Below are positions 54,201-64,000 of a DNA stretch of 64,000 nucleotides, piece by piece. The position numbers and the translations under genes are program-made. Every line of letters begins with the position of its first letter. Position 1 is the first letter of the stretch. A model generated the notes under the pieces. The model made no database searches. It was not told the origin of the DNA and saw only the letters and a program-made list of their open reading frames with translations. Source of the stretch: Eledone cirrhosa (lineage: Eukaryota); contig OZ024740.1 in NCBI GenBank assembly GCA_964016885.1, forward strand, positions 403,992,001 through 404,056,000, in the 5' to 3' direction.

Positions 54201-57200
54201 ACAACAACAACAGCACTAACAGCAGAAGCTTTACCATCACCAACAACAACAGCACTAACAGCAGAAGCTTTACCATCAACAACAACAACAGCACTAACAG
54301 CAGAAGCTTTACCATCACCAACAACAACAGCACTAACAGCAGAACTTTACCATCAACAACAACAACAGCACTAACAGCAGAGGCTTTACCATCAACAACA
54401 ACAACAGCACTAACAGCAGAGGCTTTACCATCAACAACAACAACAGCACTAACAGCAGAAGCTTTACCATCAACAACAACAACAGCACTAACAGCAGAGG
54501 CTTTACCATCAACAACAACAACAGCACTAACAGCAGAGGCTTTACCATCAACAACAACAACAGCACTAACAGCAGAAGCTTTACCATCAACAACAACAAC
54601 AACAGCACTAACAGCAGAGGCTTTACCATCAACAACAACAACAGCACTAACAGCAGAACTTTACCATCAACAACAACAACCGCACTAACAGCAGAGGCTT
54701 TACCATCAACAACAACAACAGCACTAACAGCAGAGGCTTTACCATCAACAACAACAACAGCACTAACAGCAGAAGCTTTGCCATCAACAACAACAACAGC
54801 ACTAACAGCAGAAGCTTTACTATCAACAACAACAACAGCACTAACAGCAGAGGCTTTACCATCACCAACAACAACATTACTAACAGTAGAAGCTTTAACA
54901 TCACCAATAACAACAGCACTAACAGCAGAGGCTTTACCATCAACAACAACAACAACACTAACAGCAGAAGCTTTACCATCACCAACAACAACAGCACTAA
55001 CAGCAAAAGCTTTACCATCAACAACAACAACAGCACTAACAGCAGAAGCTTTACCATCACCAACAACAACAGCACTAACAGCAGAAGCTTTACCATCAAC
55101 AACAACAACAGCACTAACAGCAGAAGCTTTACCATCACCAACAACAACAGCACTAACAGCAGAAGCTTTACCATCAACAACAACAACAGCACTAACAGCA
55201 GAAGCTTTACCATCACCAACAACAACAGCACTAACAGCAGAACTTTACCATCAACAACAACAACAGCACTAACAGCAGAAGCTTTACCATCAACAACAAC
55301 AACAGCACTAACAGCAGAGGATTTACCATCACCAACAACAACAGCACTAACAGCAGAACTTTATCATCAACAACAACAACAGCACTAACAGCAGAACTTT
55401 ACCATCAACAACAACAACAGCACTAACAGCAGAAGCTTTACCATCAACAACAACAACAGCACTAACAGCAGAGGATTTACCATCACCAACAACAACAGCA
55501 CTAACAGCAGAACTTTATCATCAACAACAACAACAGCACTAACAGCAGAACTTTACCATCAACCAGAACAACAGCACTAACAGCAGAGGCTTTACCATCA
55601 ACAACAACAACAGCACTAACAGCAGAGGCTTTACCATCAACAACAACAACAGCACTAACAGCAGAAGCTTTACCATCAACAACAACAACAGCACTAGCAG
55701 CAGAGGCTTTACCATCAACAACAACAACAGCACTAACAGCAGAGGCTTTACCATCAACAACAACAACAGCACTAACAGCAGAAGCTTTACCATCACCAAC
55801 AACAACAGCACTAACAGCAGAAGCTTTACCATCAACAACAACAACAGCACTAACAGCAGAAGCTTTACCATCACCAACAACAACAGCACTAACAGCAGAA
55901 CTTTACCATCAACAACAACAACAGCACTAACAGCAGAGGCTTTACCATCAACAACAACAACAGCACTAACAGCAGAGGCTTTACCATCAACAACAACAAC
56001 AGCACTAACAGCAGAAGCTTTACCATCAACAACAACAACAACAGCACTAACAGCAGAGGCTTTACCATCAACAACAACAACAGCACTAACAGCAGAACTT
56101 TACCATCAACAACAACAACCGCACTAACAGCAGAGGCTTTACCATCAACAACAACAACAGCACTAACAGCAGAGGCTTTACCATCAACAACAACAACAGC
56201 ACTAACAGCAGAAGCTTTGCCATCAACAACAACAACAGCACTAACAGCAGAAGCTTTACTATCAACAACAACAACAGCACTAACAGCAGAGGCTTTACCA
56301 TCACCAACAACAACATTACTAACAGTAGAAGCTTTAACATCACCAATAACAACAGCACTAACAGCAGAGGCTTTACCATCAACAACAACAACAACACTAA
56401 CAGCAGAAGCTTTACCATCACCAACAACAACAGCACTAACAGCAAAAGCTTTACCATCAACAACAACAACAGCACTAACAGCAGAAGCTTTACCATCACC
56501 AACAACAACAGCACTAACAGCAGAAGCTTTACCATCAACAACAACAACAGCACTAACAGCAGAAGCTTTACCATCACCAACAACAACAGCACTAACAGCA
56601 GAAGCTTTACCATCAACAACAACAACAGCACTAACAGCAGAAGCTTTACCATCACCAACAACAACAGCACTAACAGCAGAACTTTACCATCAACAACAAC
56701 AACAGCACTAACAGCAGAAGCTTTACCATCAACAACAACAACAGCACTAACAGCAGAGGATTTACCATCACCAACAACAACAGCACTAACAGCAGAACTT
56801 TATCATCAACAACAACAACAGCACTAACAGCAGAACTTTACCATCAACAACAACAACAGCACTAACAGCAGAAGCTTTACCATCAACAACAACAACAGCA
56901 CTAACAGCAGAGGATTTACCATCACCAACAACAACAGCACTAACAGCAGAACTTTATCATCAACAACAACAACAGCACTAACAGCAGAACTTTACCATCA
57001 ACCAGAACAACAGCACTAACAGCAGAGGCTTTACCATCAACAACAACAACAGCACTAACAGCAGAGGCTTTACCATCAACAACAACAACAGCACTAACAG
57101 CAGAAGCTTTACCATCAACAACAACAACAGCACTAGCAGCAGAGGCTTTACCATCAACAACAACAACAGCACTAACAGCAGAGGCTTTACCATCAACAAC

Positions 57201-60200
57201 AACAACAGCACTAACAGCAGAAGCTTTACCATCAACAACGACAACAGCACTAACAGCAGAATCTTTACCATCAACAACAACAACAGCACTAACAGCAGAA
57301 TCTTTACCATCAACAACAACAACAGCACTAACAGCAGAAGCTTTACCATCAACAACAACAACAGCACTAACAGCAGAGGCTTTACCATCAACAACAACAA
57401 CAGCACTAACAGCAGAGGCTTTACCATCAACAACAACAACAGCACTAACAGCAGAACTTTACCATCAACAACAACAACAGCACTAACAGCAGAGGCTTTA
57501 CCATCAACAACAACAACAGCACTAACAGCAGAGGCTTTACCATCAACAACAACAACAGCACTAACAGCAGAAGCTTTACCATCAACAACAACAACAGCAC
57601 TAACAGCAGAGGCTTTACCATCAACAACAACAACAGCACTAACAGCAGAGGCTTTACCATCAACAACAACAACAGCACTAACAGCAGAAGCTTTACCATC
57701 AACAACAACAACAACAGCACTAACAGCAGAGGCTTTACCATCAACAACAACAACAGCACTAACAGCAGAACTTTACCATCAACAACAACAACAGCACTAA
57801 CAGCAGAGGCTTTACCATCAACAACAACAACAGCACTAACAGCAGAGGCTTTACCATCAACAACAACAACAGCACTAACAGCAGAAGCTTTACCATCAAC
57901 AACAACAACAACACTAACAGCAGAAGCTTTACCATCACCAACAACAACAGCACTAACAGCAGAAGCTTTACCATCAACAACAACAACAGCACTAACAGCA
58001 GAAGCTTTACCATCACCAACAACAACAGCACTAACAGCAGAAGCTTTACCATCAACAACAACAACAGCACTAACAGCAGAAGCTTTACCATCACCAACAA
58101 CAACAGCACTAACAGCAGAAGCTTTACCATCAACAACAACAACAGCACTAACAGCAGAAGCTTTACCATCACCAACAACAACAGCACTAACAGCAGAAGC
58201 TTTACCATCAACAACAACAACAGCACTAACAGCAGAAGCTTTACCATCACCAACAACAACAGCACTAACAGCAGAAGCTTTACCATCAACAACAACAACA
58301 GCACTAACAGCAGAAGCTTTACCATCACCAACAACAACAGCACTAACAGCAGAACTTTACCATCAACAACAACAACAGCACTAACAGCAGAGGCTTTACC
58401 ATCAACAACAACAACAGCACTAACAGCAGAGGCTTTACCATCAACAACAACAACAGCACTAACAGCAGAAGCTTTACCATCAACAACAACAACAGCACTA
58501 ACAGCAGAGGCTTTACCATCAACAACAACAACAGCACTAACAGCAGAGGCTTTATCATCAACAACAACAACAGCACTAACAGCAGAAGCTTTACCATCAA
58601 CAACAACAACAACAGCACTAACAGCAGAGGCTTTACCATCAACAACAACAACAGCACTAACAGCAGAACTTTACCATCAACAACAACAACCGCACTAACA
58701 GCAGAGGCTTTACCATCAACAACAACAACAGCACTAACAGCAGAGGCTTTACCATCAACAACAACAACAGCACTAACAGCAGAAGCTTTGCCATCAACAA
58801 CAACAACAGCACTAACAGCAGAAGCTTTACTATCAACAACAACAACAGCACTAACAGCAGAGGCTTTACCATCACCAACAACAACATTACTAACAGTAGA
58901 AGCTTTAACATCACCAATAACAACAGCACTAACAGCAGAGGCTTTACCATCAACAACAACAACAACACTAACAGCAGAAGCTTTACCATCACCAACAACA
59001 ACAGCACTAACAGCAAAAGCTTTACCATCAACAACAACAACAGCACTAACAGCAGAAGCTTTACCATCACCAACAACAACAGCACTAACAGCAGAAGCTT
59101 TACCATCAACAACAACAACAGCACTAACAGCAGAAGCTTTACCATCACCAACAACAACAGCACTAACAGCAGAAGCTTTACCATCAACAACAACAACAGC
59201 ACTAACAGCAGAAGCTTTACCATCACCAACAACAACAGCACTAACAGCAGAACTTTACCATCAACAACAACAACAGCACTAACAGCAGAAGCTTTACCAT
59301 CAACAACAACAACAGCACTAACAGCAGAGGATTTACCATCACCAACAACAACAGCACTAACAGCAGAACTTTATCATCAACAACAACAACAGCACTAACA
59401 GCAGAACTTTACCATCAACAACAACAACAGCACTAACAGCAGAAGCTTTACCATCAACAACAACAACAGCACTAACAGCAGAGGATTTACCATCACCAAC
59501 AACAACAGCACTAACAGCAGAACTTTATCATCAACAACAACAACAGCACTAACAGCAGAACTTTACCATCAACCAGAACAACAGCACTAACAGCAGAGGC
59601 TTTACCATCAACAACAACAACAGCACTAGCAGCAGAGGCTTTACCATCAACAACAACAACAGCACTAACAGCAGAAGCTTTACCATCAACAACAACAACA
59701 GCACTAGCAGCAGAGGCTTTACCATCAACAACAACAACAGCACTAACAGCAGAGGCTTTACCATCAACAACAACAACAGCACTAACAGCAGAAGCTTTAC
59801 CATCACCAACAACAACAGCACTAACAGCAGAAGCTTTACCATCAACAACAACAACAGCACTAACAGCAGAAGCTTTACCATCACCAACAACAACAGCACT
59901 AACAGCAGAACTTTACCATCAACAACAACAACAGCACTAACAGCAGAGGCTTTACCATCAACAACAACAACAGCACTAACAGCAGAGGCTTTACCATCAA
60001 CAACAACAACAGCACTAACAGCAGAAGCTTTACCATCAACAACAACAACAGCACTAACAGCAAGGCTTTACCATCAACAACAACAACAGCACTAACAGCA
60101 GAGGCTTTACCATCAACAACAACAACAGCACTAACAGCAGAAGCTTTACCATCAACAACAACAACAACAGCACTAACAGCAGAGGCTTTACCATCAACAA

Positions 60201-63200
60201 CAACAACAGCACTAACAGCAGAACTTTACCATCAACAACAACAACCGCACTAACAGCAGAGGCTTTACCATCAACAACAACAACAGCACTAACAGCAGAG
60301 GCTTTACCATCAACAACAACAACAGCACTAACAGCAGAAGCTTTGCCATCAACAACAACAACAGCACTAACAGCAGAAGCTTTACTATCAACAACAACAA
60401 CAGCACTAACAGCAGAGGCTTTACCATCACCAACAACAACATTACTAACAGTAGAAGCTTTAACATCACCAATAACAACAGCACTAACAGCAGAGGCTTT
60501 ACCATCAACAACAACAACAACACTAACAGCAGAAGCTTTACCATCACCAACAACAACAGCACTAACAGCAAAAGCTTTACCATCAACAACAACAACAGCA
60601 CTAACAGCAGAAGCTTTACCATCACCAACAACAACAGCACTAACAGCAGAAGCTTTACCATCAACAACAACAACAGCACTAACAGCAGAAGCTTTACCAT
60701 CACCAACAACAACAGCACTAACAGCAGAAGCTTTACCATCAACAACAACAACAGCACTAACAGCAGAAGCTTTACCATCAGCAACAACAACAGCACTAAC
60801 AGCAGAACTTTACCATCAACAACAACAACAGCACTAACAGCAGAAGCTTTACCATCAACAACAACAACAGCACTAACAGCAGAGGATTTACCATCACCAA
60901 CAACAACAGCACTAACAGCAGAACTTTATCATCAACAACAACAACAGCACTAACAGCAGAACTTTACCATCAACAACAACAACAGCACTAACAGCAGAAG
61001 CTTTACCATCAACAACAACAACAGCACTAACAGCAGAGGATTTACCATCACCAACAACAACAGCACTAACAGCAGAACTTTATCATCAACAACAACAACA
61101 GCACTAACAGCAGAACTTTACCATCAACCAGAACAACAGCACTAACAGCAGAGGCTTTACCATCAACAACAACAACAGCACTAACAGCAGAGGCTTTACC
61201 ATCAACAACAACAACAGCACTAACAGCAGAAGCTTTACCATCAACAACAACAACAGCACTAGCAGCAGAGGCTTTACCATCAACAACAACAACAGCACTA
61301 ACAGCAGAGGCTTTACCATCAACAACAACAACAGCACTAACAGCAGAAGCTTTACCATCAACAACGACAACAGCACTAACAGCAGAATCTTTACCATCAA
61401 CAACAACAACAGCACTAACAGCAGAAGCTTTACCATCAACAACAACAACAGCACTAACAGCAGAAGCTTTACCATCAACAACAACAACAGCACTAACAGC
61501 AGAGACTTTACCATCAACAACAACAACAGCACTAACAGCAGAGGCTTTACCATCAACAACAACAACAGCACTAACAGCAGAACTTTACCATCAACAACAA
61601 CAACAGCACTAACAGCAGAGGCTTTACCATCAACAACAACAACAGCACTAACAGCAGAGGCTTTACCATCAACAACAACAACAGCACTAACAGCAGAAGC
61701 TTTACCATCAACAACAACAACAGCACTAACAGCAGAGGCTTTACCATCAACAACAACAACAGCACTAACAGCAGAGGCTTTACCATCAACAACAACAACA
61801 GCACTAACAGCAGAAGCTTTACCATCAACAACAACAACAACAGCACTAACAGCAGAGGCTTTACCATCAACAACAACAACAGCACTAACAGCAGAACTTT
61901 ACCATCAACAACAACAACAGCACTAACAGCAGAGGCTTTACCATCAACAACAACAACAGCACTAACAGCAGAGGCTTTACCATCAACAACAACAACAGCA
62001 CTAACAGCAGAAGCTTTACCATCAACAACAACAACAGCACTAACAGCAGAGGCTTTACCATCAACAACAACAACAACACTAACAGCAGAAGCTTTACCAT
62101 CACCAACAACAACAGCACTAACAGCAGAAGCTTTACCATCAACAACAACAACAGCACTAACAGCAGAGGCTTTACCATCAACAACAACAACAGCACTAAC
62201 AGCAGAAGCTTTACCATCAACAACAACAACAGCACTAACAGCAGAGGCTTTACCATCAACAACAACAACAGCACTAACAGCAGAGGCTTTACCATCAACA
62301 ACAACAACAGCACTAACAGCAGAAGCTTTACCATCAACAACAACAACAACAGCACTAACAGCAGAGGCTTTACCATCAACAACAACAACAGCACTAACAG
62401 CAGAACTTTACCATCAACAACAACAACAGCACTAACAGCAGAGGCTTTACCATCAACAACAACAACAGCACTAACAGCAGAGGCTTTACCATCAACAACA
62501 ACAACAGCACTAACAGCAGAAGCTTTACCATCAACAACAACAACAGCACTAACAGCAGAAGCTTTACTATCAACAACAACAACAGCACTAACAGCAGAGG
62601 CTTTACCATCACCAACAACAACATTACTAACAGCAGAAGCTTTACCATCACCAACAACAACAGCACTAACAGCAGAGGCTTTACCATCAACAACAACAAC
62701 AACACTAACAGCAGAAGCTTTACCATCACCAACAACAACAGCACTAACAGCAGAAGCTTTACCATCAACAACAACAACAGCACTAACAGCAGAAGCTTTA
62801 CCATCACCAACAACAACAGCACTAACAGCAGAAGCTTTACCATCAACAACAACAACAGCACTAACAGCAGAAGCTTTACCATCACCAACAACAACAGCAC
62901 TAACAGCAGAAGCTTTACCATCAACAACAACAACAGCACTAACAGCAGAAGCTTTACCATCACCAACAACAACAGCACTAACAGCAGAACTTTACCATCA
63001 ACAACAACAACAGCACTAACAGCAGAAGCTTTACCATCAACAACAACAACAGCACTAACAGCAGAGGATTTACCATCACCAACAACAACAGCACTAACAG
63101 CAGAACTTTATCATCAACAACAACGACAGCACTAACAGCAGAACTTTACCATCAACAACAACAACAGCACTAACAGCAGAACTTTACCATCAACAACAAC

Positions 63201-64000
63201 AACAGCACTAACAGCAGAACTTTACCATCAACAACAACAACAGCACTAACAGCAGAAGCTTTACCATCAACAACAACAACAGCACTAACAGCAGGGTATT
63301 TACCATCACCAACAACAACAGCACTAACAGCAGAACTTTACCATCAACAACAACAACAAAACTAACAGCAGAACTTTACCATCAACAACAACAACAGCAC
63401 TAACAGCAGAACTTTACCATCACCAACAACAACAGCACTAACAGCAGAACTTTACCATCAACAACAACAACAGCACTAACAGCAGAACTTTACCATCAAC
63501 AACAACAACAGCACTAACAGCAGAAGCTTTACCATCAACAACAACAACAGCACTAACAGCAGAGGATTTACCATCACCAACAACAACAGCACTAACAGCA
63601 GAACTTTACCATCAACAACAACAACAGCACTAACAGCAGAACTTTACCATCACCAACAACAACAGCACTAACAGCAGAAGATTTACCATCACCAACAACA
63701 ACAGGACTAACAGCAGAACTTTACCATCACCAACAACAACAGCACTAACAGCAGAGGCTTTACCATCACCAACAACAACAGCACTAACAGCAGAACTTTA
63801 CCATCACCAACAACAACAGCACTAACAGCAGAAGCTTTACCATCAACAACAACAACAGCACTAACAGCAGAACTTTACCATCACCAACAACAACAGCACT
63901 AACAGCAGAACTTTACCATCACCAACAACAACAGCACTAACAGCAGAACTTTACCATCACCAACAACAACAGCACTAACAGCAGAAGCTTTACCATCAAC
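6222..64000 (+). repeat. 39-bp tandem satellite array (HindIII-site-containing monomer), about 1,500 copies, running off the window end
   Basis: Consensus AAC AGC AGA AGC TTT ACC ATC A(A/C)C AAC AAC AAC AGC ACT, with the first AAGCTT at 6230. Recurrent variants are GAGGCT (HindIII lost), TTGCC, GCACCA, 36- and 42-bp forms (-/+ one AAC) and a 38-bp GAACTTT form. All monomers are head-to-tail in one orientation. Copy number is length divided by ~39. Confidence 0.98.
24207..24406. other. Assembly gap, exactly 200 N
   Basis: Run of N read directly. The round length suggests a scaffolding placeholder of unknown true size, with satellite in the same orientation on both sides. Confidence 0.99.

Noticed and set aside
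5591-62978. Dozens of minus-strand Leu/Val-rich ORFs (MVKLLLLVLLLL...) that look like membrane proteins
   Set aside because: They are the antisense reading of the (AAC)-rich 39-mer, and their ends coincide with 38-bp frameshifting monomers.
6222-64000. CRISPR array
   Set aside because: There are no unique spacers between repeats and no cas genes, and the context is eukaryotic.
6222-64000. Telomeric repeat
   Set aside because: No TTAGGG/TTAGG-type unit is present, and the monomer is 39 bp with heritable higher-order variant structure.
1-64000. Assigning the source organism (repeat style is reminiscent of cephalopod or other mollusc genomes)
   Set aside because: This is only an impression from microsatellite and Tx1 content; there is no diagnostic marker in the window.

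Overview
This is a eukaryotic, probably animal, genomic window with no recognisable host protein-coding gene. Bases 1-1720 are AT-rich non-coding DNA containing one clear and one possible tiny MITE-like element. Bases 1809-5257 are a Tx1/L1-clade non-LTR retrotransposon on the + strand, bracketed by (ATT)29 and (ATT)18 microsatellites. It keeps an ORF1 with a CCHC zinc knuckle (broken only at homopolymer runs), an APE endonuclease, the probable last ~28 codons of ORF2, a 3'UTR and AATAAA, but no reverse transcriptase is present. From ~5546 to the window end (>58 kb, roughly 1,500 monomers, one 200-N gap) lies a head-to-tail 39-bp satellite, AACAGCAGAAGCTTTACCATCA(A/C)CAACAACAACAGCACT. It grades out of an AAC/AGC low-complexity proto-repeat and is organised into nested local duplications of ~0.4-4.3 kb. 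Nearly all ORFs after 5364 are by-products of this 13-codon repeat. The most notable candidates are the (ATT)n-embedded, RT-deleted Tx1 element and the visible birth and step-wise expansion of the satellite. Neither can be called novel without database searches.
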